From Candidatus Zixiibacteriota bacterium (GTDB lineage Bacteria; SM23-81), in NCBI GenBank assembly GCA_030628225.1, contig DAOVRJ010000002.1, positions 1 through 33,141 of the forward strand: DNA of 33,141 nucleotides, given 5' to 3'. Positions 15,887 through 25,231 of the stretch are shown one piece after another; the first letter of the stretch is position 1; every line of letters begins with the position of its first letter. Position numbers and translations under genes: made by a program. The notes under the pieces were generated by a model. The model was given only the letters and a program-made list of their open reading frames with translations, was not told the origin of the DNA and searched no databases.

Positions 15887-18325
15887 TCATCGAGCCTCGG
15901 TTGGCCGACGGGTGTTCACGGTCCAGCGACGTTTCTCTCCCAGAACGGTTTCCAATTCCAGCCTTCGTCCATCCGTGCTCATCGCCACCGCCCCGTCCTG
16001 ATCGGTCCGATACAGGGCCACATTGAACTGTTGGTACCTCTGCAAAACTTCCTCTCCGGGATGGCCGAATCTGTTCCACCGCCCCACCGAGATGACCGCC
16101 ACCTGGGGCTGAACGGCTCGTACAAAGGACAGGATACTGGAACTCTTAGAGCCGTGGTGAGGTACCTTCAACACCGTGCTGCCCAGCTCGCATCCGCCCT
16201 CCAGCAAGGCCTCCTCGGCCTCCTCTTCGATATCTCCGGTCAAGAGGAAACTGACCATACCATACTTGATCCTGAGAACCACAGAAGCGCTGTTGCGCCC
16301 GAAGGGGGCATCCCCATCTTCAGTCACGAACTCCTCGGTGGGATGCAGCACGGTCACCTCCACTTCCGGGCAGATCTTCAGCCGATCTCCAGCCCTCACC
16401 TCCTGATAGACGACACCGGGTGCGTGAGCCAACTCCAAAAAGCGACAGTAGGTTTTGGTGAGGTGTCTGGCCCCGCTGTCCAGCACCAGCCCCACGGGAA
16501 ACTCCTCCAACACCGCCGGAAGCCCTCCCACATGATCGTTATCGGCGTGAGTGAGCACCATCACATCCAGGTGCTGAAGGCCGATCCTCCTCAGATAGGG
16601 ACAGATCATCCTCTCTCCGCAGTCAAACCTGGGTTTTCTCTCTCCACCATCGACGAGCATGGTCCTGCCGTTGGGAAAACGGACAAAGGCGGCGTCCCCC
16701 TGCCCTACATCGAGAAAGAGAACAGAGAGATTCCCGGGCCTCTCCAGAGCCTGATCCCAAACCAAGAAGTTGAGCAAGATGAGCCCGCCGAAGAGAAACG
16801 TCCGGCGAGCCGCTGGGGACCTTTTGCCGTTGGCTCCCAGAAAGAGGAACACGTAGTACAGGCTGATGAACATCTTCGAGGGCCGAGGAATATGCAGGTA
16901 AGCAAAAGGCAGGGAGGCGGCGAAGCTCACCAGCCTGATCAGCCCGGTCAACAGAACCCAGTTGGCAGCAGCATACATCCTGGCCAATCCCATGCTGACC
17001 AGGCTCAGAAGGGCTGAGGTGAAACCCAGAGAAACCGCCAGGCCGATGAGAGGCACTACCAACAGATTGGCTACGATGGAGATAATCGGGGCTTTTTGGA
17101 AATAATAGGCGATAATGGGGAAAGTCCCCAGCTGCGCCGACAGAGAAACCAGGAGTCCTGAGCAGATCCATCTTGCCCAGGGTGGAGATGTGGCCTTCAG
17201 AAATGGAAGCAGTAACTCCTTGAGTCGTCCATGAAGGTAGACGATGCAGAGGGTGGCCACAAAGGAAAGCTGAAAACCCAGCTCGAACAAGAACAGGGGG
17301 TTCCAAATCAAGATGATCAGGCCGGCGAAGGCGATGGCGTTTAGCAGATCCGACTCTCGCTCCAACAGACGCCCCACCATGATCACACTGGCCATGATGG
17401 TCGCCCTGACCACCGATGGCCGTAAATCGACCACGAACATGTACAGAAAGATGAGATTCAGGGTGAGCAGAGTAGCCACCGTCTCCCGCAGACGAAGGGC
17501 GCAAAAAAGTGAGTAGAATATTCCCACGATGAGGCCCACGTGAAGACCTGAAACGGCCAGTACGTGAATGACTCCCGAGTCGGAAAAGGCCTCCGTCACC
17601 TCAGCGGGCAACCTCCTTCTTTCCCCCAACAAGACGCCTCTCAGCAAAGCGCCCGGAGAGCCCTTTAAGGTACGGTCGATCGTCCGGTTCAGATGCCGGC
17701 GCACCAACCGCACCACTCTCATCGGCCACCCCACCGACTCTTTGCTCACCTCCTGGATGGATTCCGGGCGCAGGGTCATCAAAACATGGATGGAGCGGCG
17801 GGCCAGATATGCCCGGTAGTCGAATTCACCCGGGTTTCGGGCCTGCGAGGGAACCCGCAGACGACCTCGGATCCGAACCTGGTCGCCATAGGCAAGCTGT
17901 CCTGTAAAATCCCTGACAGTGAGCCAGATCTTCCCGCAGGTCCTGACTGTCCCGGTGCCATGGTCAATGGCGGTTGCCTCAAGGATCAGGGTGGCATTCT
18001 TGTCCTTACGCACAGGATCAGAGATAACTCTGCCCTGAATGACCACAGGATCCGGGGCGTCTCTATAATTGAGGATGTGATGGGAGGGGAAATTACGGGA
18101 AAAGGCCTCGTGCTGCAGACAGGCCACCAAGAAGAAAGCCGCAGCCAGAAGCCAAGAGGAAATTGCTATGGTCCTCCGCCGGCGAAGGCACAGGGAAAGG
18201 CCCAAAAGAAGCGCGGCCAGTACCAACAGCAGCCCTATTGGCGGGTCAGCATTATACCCGGCCAGGATACCCGCCGCATACAGGATAACCGCCTGTAAAG
18301 CGGGGCGACGTGTGCGAGGCATCAT
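15887..18325 (-). CDS. comEC: DNA internalization-related competence protein ComEC/Rec2 (DUF4131 + competence + MBL-fold domains)
   Basis: This 812-aa protein has an N-terminal OB/DUF4131 region, a polytopic competence domain, and a C-terminal metallo-beta-lactamase domain (VLTHADNDHVGG ... VPHHGS). Confidence 0.9.
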   Translation of the reverse strand: MMPRTRRPALQAVILYAAGILAGYNADPPIGLLLVLAALLLGLSLCLRRRRTIAISSWLLAAAFFLVACLQHEAFSRNFPSHHILNYRDAPDPVVIQGRVISDPVRKDKNATLILEATAIDHGTGTVRTCGKIWLTVRDFTGQLAYGDQVRIRGRLRVPSQARNPGEFDYRAYLARRSIHVLMTLRPESIQEVSKESVGWPMRVVRLVRRHLNRTIDRTLKGSPGALLRGVLLGERRRLPAEVTEAFSDSGVIHVLAVSGLHVGLIVGIFYSLFCALRLRETVATLLTLNLIFLYMFVVDLRPSVVRATIMASVIMVGRLLERESDLLNAIAFAGLIILIWNPLFLFELGFQLSFVATLCIVYLHGRLKELLLPFLKATSPPWARWICSGLLVSLSAQLGTFPIIAYYFQKAPIISIVANLLVVPLIGLAVSLGFTSALLSLVSMGLARMYAAANWVLLTGLIRLVSFAASLPFAYLHIPRPSKMFISLYYVFLFLGANGKRSPAARRTFLFGGLILLNFLVWDQALERPGNLSVLFLDVGQGDAAFVRFPNGRTMLVDGGERKPRFDCGERMICPYLRRIGLQHLDVMVLTHADNDHVGGLPAVLEEFPVGLVLDSGARHLTKTYCRFLELAHAPGVVYQEVRAGDRLKICPEVEVTVLHPTEEFVTEDGDAPFGRNSASVVLRIKYGMVSFLLTGDIEEEAEEALLEGGCELGSTVLKVPHHGSKSSSILSFVRAVQPQVAVISVGRWNRFGHPGEEVLQRYQQFNVALYRTDQDGAVAMSTDGRRLELETVLGEKRRWTVNTRRPTEAR

Positions 18326-18438
18326 CGATGAGAGATAGTGGGTTGTCGATCACAGGGCTGTGCCACAAAGGCACCGGCGCAGCCATTTCACCTCCGCGCT
18401 CCGCTCTTTTTATTCCGCCAACGAGATAAAAAAAGTGT

Positions 18439-18867
18439 TTACAAAGAGAGAATCTCAATTCCCTCCCTTTTCAAAAGGGCTGCCGTCACTCCATCGCCGG
18501 CAACCAATCGGTCACCTCGACAGATCTGGCCACAGCCACAGGATGGGCTCTCCTGTCTCAACAGGGCCCTGCCAACCCCGCACAGCCTGGCGATTTTAAC
18601 AGTCTGCTGAGCCCCCCTGATGAACTGTGCGGTGACGTCTGTTCCATCTTCAGTGAGGATTTTTGATCTGCCGGCTAACACATCCTCTCCGCTGCCGGCA
18701 ACGATCTCGGCAGGAGGCCGCGGGGTGGACAGGCCGCCAAGTTGCTCGGGACAGACCGGCACGATCTTCTCAGAACCGATAAGCTCCATCGCCTCTTCCA
18801 TCAAACAGTTGCACCCATCATAACGGCAGTTGATCCCCAAAAGACAGGCGCTGACCAGTATGCTCAT
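18439..18867 (-). CDS. DUF523 family protein (TudS-like, 2-thiouracil desulfurase family)
   Basis: ILVSACLLGINCRYDG ... VCPE ... SPSCG are the hallmark Cys motifs of DUF523. I place the start at ATG 18867, with GAGGTG 4 nt upstream. The ORF-track start is a TTG at 18879. Confidence 0.8.
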   Translation of the reverse strand: MSILVSACLLGINCRYDGCNCLMEEAMELIGSEKIVPVCPEQLGGLSTPRPPAEIVAGSGEDVLAGRSKILTEDGTDVTAQFIRGAQQTVKIARLCGVGRALLRQESPSCGCGQICRGDRLVAGDGVTAALLKREGIEILSL

Positions 18868-18879
18868 GGGCCACCTCAA

Positions 18880-18910
18880 TAAAAATGCCGATTGGCTTTA
18901 GACAATCGGC
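18880..18910 (-). terminator. rho-independent terminator after the M23 peptidase gene
   Basis: On the minus strand: GCCGATTG (18910-18903), an 8-nt loop, CAATCGGC (18894-18887), then ATTTTTA. Confidence 0.5.
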
Positions 18911-18974
18911 AAAAGCAAAAAATCATCTTTCGATCTCCTGGAGAAAAAACATGGCGGCGCGATCGAAATCTCGC

Positions 18975-19898
18975 TCAATCCACGATGATGTCCGGCAAAA
19001 TGTGCTTCATGGGATTAACATGCTGACCATTGACCCGCACTTCATAATGCAGATGCGGGCCTGTGGAGCGCCCACTGTTGCCCAGTGTAGCAATAACCTG
19101 CCCCCGCTTTACCTGCTCTCCCTTTTTCACCTTGATGGAGTCCAGGTGTCCATAGGCGGTCTGGTATCCGTACCCGTGATCCAGCACCACCATCCAGCCG
19201 TATCCGCTCTTCCGCCCTCTCTCGGCAACCCTCCCCGCAGCAGTGGCGATAACAGGGGTTCCTACACGATTGACGATGTCGAGCCCTTGATGAGGACGGC
19301 GACGTCCGGTGAAAGGATCAATACAGGGCCCAAAACCTCGAGACACATGGCCGGCAACAGGCCAGATGGTCGGGGTGTGCTCCAGACGTTCCCGGTTATC
19401 TCTAAAGACAGCCTCTACTTCCTGAAAGCTCTGCTTCTCCAGCTTTACCTGGCGAAGAAGCTGATCCACGTCCGCCATGGTAAAGTCGGGCGAGGTCGCC
19501 GGACCATCCAGGGACATAGCTGGACCATCGAGACCCTCAAACCTCTGGCCACCGACGCCAACTTTTCTGACGTCGGGATCGATCTGGGGAAGCTCTGCTA
19601 TGATCCGCAGGGTCTTCTCTCTCTCCATCAGATCGGCCATCTGCGCCTTAAATACCGAAACACTGCTGTCCAGAACGGCCAGCTGATCGATGAGATATGA
19701 GTTTTCTCTGCGCAGTCGCGCCAGAGCCACGGCATCCTTGGCTTTTCCCAAATATTGAACAGCCAGAAAAGCGGTGGTGGCCAACAACATAAAAAGGCAT
19801 ACCATCACGATCCACACATGGGTCGAGGTCGCCCACAGGCGTTTCACCTCGCCATGGTCCTGGGGAACTAAAAGTAAGGAAAACCGTCTTTTCCTCAT
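18975..19898 (-). CDS. M23 family peptidoglycan DD-metalloendopeptidase (EnvC-like coiled coil + LytM domain)
   Basis: It has an N-terminal TM segment, a coiled-coil region, and a LytM domain with HQGLDI and GNSGRSTGPHLHYEV. Confidence 0.9.
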   Translation of the reverse strand: MRKRRFSLLLVPQDHGEVKRLWATSTHVWIVMVCLFMLLATTAFLAVQYLGKAKDAVALARLRRENSYLIDQLAVLDSSVSVFKAQMADLMEREKTLRIIAELPQIDPDVRKVGVGGQRFEGLDGPAMSLDGPATSPDFTMADVDQLLRQVKLEKQSFQEVEAVFRDNRERLEHTPTIWPVAGHVSRGFGPCIDPFTGRRRPHQGLDIVNRVGTPVIATAAGRVAERGRKSGYGWMVVLDHGYGYQTAYGHLDSIKVKKGEQVKRGQVIATLGNSGRSTGPHLHYEVRVNGQHVNPMKHILPDIIVD

Positions 19899-19924
19899 CA
19901 GGTCATACCTCTTAATCCATATTT

Positions 19925-19968
19925 AAAAAAAAGCAACCGAATTGCCCAACAATAATACCTTCGGTTGC
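19925..19968 (-). terminator. rho-independent terminator after rpoD
   Basis: On the minus strand: GCAACCGAA (19968-19960), an 18-nt loop, TTCGGTTGC (19941-19933), then T8 (19932-19925). Confidence 0.6.
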
Positions 19969-19977
19969 AATTGTCAA
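19949..19977 (-). promoter_or_regulatory. sigma-70-type promoter for the M23 peptidase gene, embedded in the rpoD terminator
   Basis: On the minus strand: TTGACA (19977-19972), exactly 17 nt of spacer, then TATTGT (19954-19949). The spacer is the 5' arm of the terminator and the -10 lies in its loop. Confidence 0.5.
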
Positions 19978-20014
19978 GAACTTTTTAGTCCGATGTGAAA
20001 TTAGCTGAGGAATC

Positions 20015-20872
20015 TTAATGCATATAGGCTCTCAACCCTTTGCTTCGAGAGGTGTGCCGCAGCCGTCGAATGGCCTTCTCTTTAATCTGTCTCACCCGCT
20101 CACGGGTGAGCCCGAACTTGCCGCCTATCTCCTCCAAGGTGAAGGCTCGCTCCCGGTCGATCCCGAAATAGAGGCCGATCACCTCTGCCTCCCTGAGCGT
20201 CAGGGTATCCAGGGCCTTGGCAATCTCAATTTTCAGAGATTCATCCAACAGGGCATCATCCGGAGCTGGCTGTAGATCGTTGGTCAGCACATCCAGCAGA
20301 GAGTTGTTTTCCCCATGGGAAAATGGCGCATCCAGGGAAAGGTGACTGTTGGAGATCTTGAGAGTATCCGTTACTTCCAGAGCGGTCATCTCTAACTCTT
20401 TGGCGATTTCCTCGGTGCTTGGCTCTCGGCCGAATTCCTGCTCCAGTGTGCTGGAGGTCCTCCCTATTTTGTGGAGGGTGCCCACTCGATTCAGGGGAAG
20501 GCGGACGATGCGAGATTGCTCGGCCAGAGCCTGAAGAATGGCCTGGCGTATCCACCACACTGCATAAGAGATAAATTTGAACCCTCGTGTCTCATCGAAT
20601 CTCTTGGCCGCCTTGATCAGACCAATATTGCCCTCATTCACCAGATCGGCCAGGGAAAGCCCCTGGTTCTGATACTGTTTGGCCACACTGACCACAAAAC
20701 GAAGGTTTGCCCTGGTCAGCTTATCCAGGGCTTTTCTGTCCCCCTGGCGGATGAGTCGGGCCAGCTGGACCTCCTGCTCAGCCGTCAGCAGAGGCGTCTC
20801 GCCGATTTCCTGGAGATAGAGATCCAATGATCTGTTCTCATCCCGATGTCTGCGTTTTCGTCCATCCCGCAT
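20015..20872 (-). CDS. rpoD: RNA polymerase primary sigma factor, short FCB-group type RpoD
   Basis: [21 protein letters not shown]..., [74 protein letters not shown], and C-terminal [24 protein letters not shown]. These are regions 1.2 to 4.2 with no long region 1.1, as in the roughly 287-aa Bacteroidetes/Chlorobi RpoD. I place the start at ATG 20872; the ORF-track start is a TTG at 20878. Confidence 0.9.
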   Translation of the reverse strand: MRDGRKRRHRDENRSLDLYLQEIGETPLLTAEQEVQLARLIRQGDRKALDKLTRANLRFVVSVAKQYQNQGLSLADLVNEGNIGLIKAAKRFDETRGFKFISYAVWWIRQAILQALAEQSRIVRLPLNRVGTLHKIGRTSSTLEQEFGREPSTEEIAKELEMTALEVTDTLKISNSHLSLDAPFSHGENNSLLDVLTNDLQPAPDDALLDESLKIEIAKALDTLTLREAEVIGLYFGIDRERAFTLEEIGGKFGLTRERVRQIKEKAIRRLRHTSRSKGLRAYMH

Positions 20873-20931
20873 GCACAAATTCCTCAGTTAAGGTTACTGT
20901 ATAGGTTTTTTCACTCAGGGAGCTCGATCCC

Positions 20932-22464
20932 CTATTCGGGCTTAACGGCCACGAAACTCGCCCGACCGTTCCGTTTGACATGAAAACTGATAGCTTTTTT
21001 CTGGCCTTCCAGAGAGTGCATTATCCGGCGATAATCCTCTATGCCGTCGATATCCTGAAGGTTTATCTTGAGGATGATGTCCCCGGTGGCGATGCCACCG
21101 TCGTCTGCGGGGCTGCCCACCTCCACATGGGTGACCACCACCCCCCTTTCTTCCTCCAGACCGTATCTGCGAGCGATGTCGCCGTGCACGTCCTCCACCT
21201 CGAGCCCCAGCCAGGACGGTTTCCCCCCCTCCTGCTCACCCCCAATGGCCAGGTTCAGATATTCCCCTCGATCGCCTAAAATCACGGTCAGCCTCTCTCT
21301 CCGGCCCTCTCGAACCACCACAACGCTGACCTCGCTACCCGGACTCCTATCTGCCACCAACAACCGGAATTGCTTGACCGTTTTAATCAACTGGTCGTCA
21401 AATTCGACGATGACATCGCCCACCTTAAGTCCAGCTTTCTGTGCCGGAGTGCCCTCGCTGACCTGGCCAACCAGCACCCCCTCTGTGGACGACAGCTCCA
21501 TGGCCTCGGCCATGTCGGGGGTAATCTCCTGGGGCAACATACCCAGATATCCCCTGATCACCTTTCCTCTGGCCCTGAGCTCATCGGCGACCTTTTTGGC
21601 CATATTGATGGGGATGGCGAACCCTATTCCTTGCCCTTTCACGTTAATGGCCGTGTTGATGCCGATGACCTCTCCGCGTATATTCACCAGGGGACCCCCG
21701 CTGTTGCCGAAATTGATGGAGGCGTCGGTTTGAATGAAATTCTGGTAGGCCGGAGTTCCTCCCACTATGTCCAGGTTGGAACGCCCCTGGGCACTGATCA
21801 CCCCCACGGTCACCGTTCTGTCCAGACCAAAGGGGTTACCCACGGCAATAGCCCAGTCGCCCACTCGAATCTCGTCCGAATTTCCCAGGATGGCTACCTC
21901 TTGGGGGGACAGCAGCTCCTCAATCTCCAGTTTTATGAGGGCCACATCTGTCTCCTGATCCTGTCCGATGACCGTGGCCCGGAAATCCCGATTGTCGGAG
22001 AGGCGAACCTTGATCTCCTCAGCCCCCTGGATAACGTGATTGTTGGTCAAGATATGGCCCTGGCGATCGATGATCACCCCGGATCCCAGGCTCTGTTCCT
22101 TCATCTTGCGGCGCTGCTGAGGTTCACCCCTGCCCCTGTCTCGAAAGAACTCATCGGAGGGATCCTGGAAAAACCTAAAGGGGAACCACGGGATGATAGG
22201 ACTCTCGGTGATCCGCTCAGCGCTGATGTTCACCACCGTGGGCTTCACCTTCTCGGCCACAGCCACGAAAGGGCTCTGGCCGAAATCTAGTCTGGTCGCC
22301 TCGGCCTCTGTGGTACTGGTAACCTCAGTAGCAGGCTGGGCTTGTGGCCGGGGCGAAAAGCTCAGGTTGGAGATGATCAGCACACCGATGATGATAAAAA
22401 CGAGGGCCAGCAGGGTGGTGATCACCACGTTCTTGACCGTCTGAAAGGAACCATGCATGGACAT
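20932..22464 (-). CDS. htrA: Do/HtrA/DegP family periplasmic serine endopeptidase with two PDZ domains
   Basis: It has a signal anchor, the catalytic triad context (TNNHVI ... DVALIK ... GNSGGPLVN) and two PDZ domains. GGGAGA lies 6 nt before the ATG. Confidence 0.93.
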   Translation of the reverse strand: MSMHGSFQTVKNVVITTLLALVFIIIGVLIISNLSFSPRPQAQPATEVTSTTEAEATRLDFGQSPFVAVAEKVKPTVVNISAERITESPIIPWFPFRFFQDPSDEFFRDRGRGEPQQRRKMKEQSLGSGVIIDRQGHILTNNHVIQGAEEIKVRLSDNRDFRATVIGQDQETDVALIKLEIEELLSPQEVAILGNSDEIRVGDWAIAVGNPFGLDRTVTVGVISAQGRSNLDIVGGTPAYQNFIQTDASINFGNSGGPLVNIRGEVIGINTAINVKGQGIGFAIPINMAKKVADELRARGKVIRGYLGMLPQEITPDMAEAMELSSTEGVLVGQVSEGTPAQKAGLKVGDVIVEFDDQLIKTVKQFRLLVADRSPGSEVSVVVVREGRRERLTVILGDRGEYLNLAIGGEQEGGKPSWLGLEVEDVHGDIARRYGLEEERGVVVTHVEVGSPADDGGIATGDIILKINLQDIDGIEDYRRIMHSLEGQKKAISFHVKRNGRASFVAVKPE

Positions 22465-22543
22465 CTTGTTTCTCCCTGGGGATGGTGCCGAAAAACCGGG
22501 GCCTCTTTATCCTTGTCTTTTAGCTGCTCTTCATGGCCATCTC

Positions 22544-23731
22544 CTAGATCACGTTGTGTTTTTTGCCCACCTTTGTGAAGGCGGAAACAGCCTTATCCAG
22601 ATGCTCCCGGGTGTGACCCGCGGAGATCTGAACTCGAATCCTGGCCTGGCCCTTGGGAACCACCGGGTAATAGAAACCGATGACGTAGATTCCCTCATCC
22701 AGGAGATCTCTGGCCATATCCTGGCTCAGCTTGGCCTCGTGCAACATGATGGGGACGATGGGGTGAACACCTGGTTTGATATCAAAGCCGGCTGCGGCCA
22801 TCTTCTCCCGAAAGTACCTGGTGTTGCTCTCCAGTTTATCGCGCAAGTCCGTCGTTTCGCTGAGCAAATCAAAAACGGCGATGGAGGCACCCACCACGGC
22901 AGGAGCCAGGGTGTTGGAGAACAGATAGGGGCGGCTTCGCTGCCGGAAGAGCTCGATGATCTCCCTGCGGCCGGAGGCAAACCCTCCAGAGGCTCCCCCC
23001 AGGGCTTTCCCCAGAGTTCCGGTGATGATATCCACCCGTCCCATCACCCCCCGGTGCTCGATGGAGCCTCGGCCGGTCTTGCCCAGAAATCCGGTGGCAT
23101 GGGCGTCATCGACCAGCACCAGGGCGTCGTACTTATCGGCCAGGTCGCAGATCTCATCAAGCTTGGCGATGTCCCCGTCCATGCTGAAAACACCATCGGT
23201 GGCGATGAGCCTGTACTTAGCACCTTGGGCCTCTTTCAGTTTCTCTTCCAGATCGTGCATATCGGCATGGACGAAACGATACCGCTGAGCCTTGCACAGG
23301 CGAATCCCGTCGATGATGGAGGCATGGTTAAGAGCGTCGGAGATGATGGCGCAATCCTTGTCCAAAATGGGCTCGAAAACGCCACCATTGGCGTCGAAGC
23401 AGGCCGCATACAGAATTGTGTCGTCCGTCTGCAGGAATTGAGATATCTTCCGCTCCAACTGCTTATGGATGTCCTGGGTGCCGCAGATAAACCTCACCGA
23501 GCTCATCCCGTAGCCCCATTCATCCAGCGCCTTATGGGCCGCCTCTATGACCTTGGCGTGGGAGGAAAGCCCCAGGTAATTGTTGGCGCAGAAATTGATC
23601 ACCTTCTGGCCACCCGTGACGGTGATCTCTGCGGCCTGTGGTCCCATGATCACCCATTCTTCTTTATAGAGCCCGTCCTGGCGAATACCCTGCAGCTCCT
23701 TCTGAAGATCCTGTTCCAGTTTTCCGTACAT
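22544..23731 (-). CDS. kbl: glycine C-acetyltransferase (2-amino-3-ketobutyrate CoA ligase)
   Basis: This is a class-II PLP aminotransferase-fold protein carrying [12 protein letters not shown] ... DDAHATGF ... GTLGKALGG, sitting directly downstream of tdh. I place the start at ATG 23731, with GGAGG 5 nt upstream. The ORF-track GTG at 23746 contains that SD. Confidence 0.9.
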   Translation of the reverse strand: MYGKLEQDLQKELQGIRQDGLYKEEWVIMGPQAAEITVTGGQKVINFCANNYLGLSSHAKVIEAAHKALDEWGYGMSSVRFICGTQDIHKQLERKISQFLQTDDTILYAACFDANGGVFEPILDKDCAIISDALNHASIIDGIRLCKAQRYRFVHADMHDLEEKLKEAQGAKYRLIATDGVFSMDGDIAKLDEICDLADKYDALVLVDDAHATGFLGKTGRGSIEHRGVMGRVDIITGTLGKALGGASGGFASGRREIIELFRQRSRPYLFSNTLAPAVVGASIAVFDLLSETTDLRDKLESNTRYFREKMAAAGFDIKPGVHPIVPIMLHEAKLSQDMARDLLDEGIYVIGFYYPVVPKGQARIRVQISAGHTREHLDKAVSAFTKVGKKHNVI

Positions 23732-23811
23732 CTTCACCTCCCACACTATGGCTACTTAACATATTGCTTGAGATGCTCTCTTTAACAACACCTCCAACAA
23801 CGCGTTCTGTC

Positions 23812-24921
23812 TTATGACATGCGGGCTTTAGCCTTTTCGTATTCCCCGCGATCGGGGAAAAGAACCACCTTGGCCGACTTGCGCGGTCGCTCCATCATCA
23901 CCTCAAAACCCCTCTCATACTCCTTGAGAGAATACAGGTGGCTGATGACTGGCGCGATGTTCAGACGGCCCGAGGCTAACATGTTGCGAACGCGAAACCA
24001 GGTGTCGAACATCCTCCGCCCGTTGATCCCATGCACCTGGGCACCCTTGAAGACGATGCCGTTGTTGTAGTCGATGGGTGTGGGAGAAACGGAAGCCACA
24101 CCAAAGGCCGTGAAACGTCCGCCCTTGCGGAGCACCTTGAACCCTTCATCCAGAGCCTGAGGGCTGCCGGCCATATCCAGGACGATATCAGCACCGTATC
24201 CATAGGTGTGGTCCATGATGTACTGGATGCGGTCCACATCGTCCCGGTTGGCATACAGCAGGTGATCGGCACCCATACGTTTCCCGATGTCCATGTTGAA
24301 ATCGTACTTGCCCACCAAAAAGATGTTGGTCACACCACAGACCCGGGCCACCCCAACGGAGAACAGGGCAATGGGTCCATCCCCGATAATGGCCATGCTC
24401 TTGCCAGCCACATCGTTATCCTCACCCAAAACCGCATATGTGGCATTGCCCAGCGGCTCCTGGACAGAGGCAAATTCGGGAGGAATAGCTTTGTCGTTAA
24501 GCCAGCAAACCGACTCTGGAATGGCGAAGTACTCGGCGAAGGCTCCGTCGCAGTCCACCCCCAAGATGGACAGGTTCGCGCAGATGTGTTCCTGACCCGT
24601 AAGGCATTGGATGCACCGCCGGCAGGGAATGTGGGTCTCGGCGGATATGTAATCGCCAACCTTGACCGTCCTTACCTGATTACCCACCTCGACCACCTCC
24701 CCGGCCACCTCGTGGCCCAGAATCTGGGGCAGGTTCTCTCTTCCGATACGTCCATCAGACCACGGATCCCACTTATAAATGTGCACATCGGTGCCGCAAA
24801 TAGATGTGGCCTTCACTTTGACCAGAACCTGATCGGGCGAGATGCGGGGAAGATCCACGGAGAGCCACTCCGCTCCCAGGGCGGGTTGTGTCTTCACCAC
24901 AGCTTGCATCTTCTCCGACAT
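23812..24921 (-). CDS. tdh: L-threonine 3-dehydrogenase (zinc-dependent MDR family)
   Basis: VLVKVKATSICGTDVHIYKWD.W and GHE..GEVVEVG are zinc-ADH motifs, and the gene is paired with kbl. GGAGG lies 8 nt before the ATG. Confidence 0.88.
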   Translation of the reverse strand: MSEKMQAVVKTQPALGAEWLSVDLPRISPDQVLVKVKATSICGTDVHIYKWDPWSDGRIGRENLPQILGHEVAGEVVEVGNQVRTVKVGDYISAETHIPCRRCIQCLTGQEHICANLSILGVDCDGAFAEYFAIPESVCWLNDKAIPPEFASVQEPLGNATYAVLGEDNDVAGKSMAIIGDGPIALFSVGVARVCGVTNIFLVGKYDFNMDIGKRMGADHLLYANRDDVDRIQYIMDHTYGYGADIVLDMAGSPQALDEGFKVLRKGGRFTAFGVASVSPTPIDYNNGIVFKGAQVHGINGRRMFDTWFRVRNMLASGRLNIAPVISHLYSLKEYERGFEVMMERPRKSAKVVLFPDRGEYEKAKARMS

Positions 24922-25169
24922 AAGTTTGACCTCCCTTTCGCCAACCCGAGTTTACGACGCTGGCAAGGCTACATGCAGAAAAAGGGACAAAGGAGGGTTC
25001 TCGGGGGCTGGTCCGTCTCCTGCCTTTCTCTGTCCCTTTTCGGAAATTGTCGCTGCTCCTAACTTAGGCCAGGGCTCCGCATCTTGCTCGACCACCCCTC
25101 ACCTGTCAGGAGAGCCTGGTGACAGAACAGGAATGCCCTCCGGCCAGTTTCAACTGAAAGGCACTTTAA
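24922..25169 (-). promoter_or_regulatory. long structured 5' leader of tdh-kbl with a terminator-like hairpin (candidate riboswitch or attenuator)
   Basis: About 240 nt separate the promoter -10 (25175-25170) from ATG 24921. The minus strand holds a hairpin CCUGUUCUGUCA-loop-UGACAGGUGAGG (about 25085-25127), enclosed by GGCCGG(A)GG / CCCUGGCC. Further down is a long hairpin AAAAGGGACA...UGUCCCUUUUU (25040-24979) ending in U5. No ORF longer than 7 codons is present. Confidence 0.45.
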
Positions 25170-25198
25170 ATTTTAACACAACCGGTCTAAGTTGTCAA
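25170..25198 (-). promoter_or_regulatory. sigma-70-type promoter upstream of the tdh leader
   Basis: On the minus strand: TTGACA (25198-25193), exactly 17 nt of spacer, then TAAAAT (25175-25170), preceded by an A/T-rich tract (25199-25231). Confidence 0.55.
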
Positions 25199-25231
25199 CA
25201 GAAAATTTACCATCTAGAGAAACTTTTTTTT

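Noticed and set aside
18326-18438. The medium-sized intergenic gaps (318-443, 14654-14775, 15757-15886, 18326-18438, 19899-20014) were checked for tRNA or small RNA genes, CRISPR repeats and mobile-element ends.
   Set aside because: They contain no T-arm or anticodon-arm signatures, no direct repeat arrays and no terminal inverted repeats. The gaps are accounted for by the promoters and terminators already listed.
22457-23785. Very long antisense ORFs lie opposite real genes: 442 aa opposite kbl, 432 aa (26552..27850) opposite DUF4139, 343 aa (24031..25062) opposite tdh, 328 aa (16031..17017) opposite comEC, and 306 aa (21370..22290) opposite htrA.
   Set aside because: For each of these five, the coordinates modulo 3 match the sense gene, so the antisense ORF is in the codon-aligned frame. 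That frame stays open simply because the sense genes avoid TTA, CTA and TCA codons. The translations are low-complexity, rich in G, P, R, L and Q, have no recognisable domains and lack SD sites. They are shadow ORFs, not overlapping genes.
24979-25060. Calling the tdh leader a glycine riboswitch on the strength of AAAAGGGACAGAG and AGGAGCA.
   Set aside because: Only the 3' block resembles the consensus. I could not locate GGAGAG or CCGAAGG.GCAA in the right orientation or order. The class assignment needs a covariance-model search, so it is reported only as an unclassified candidate.
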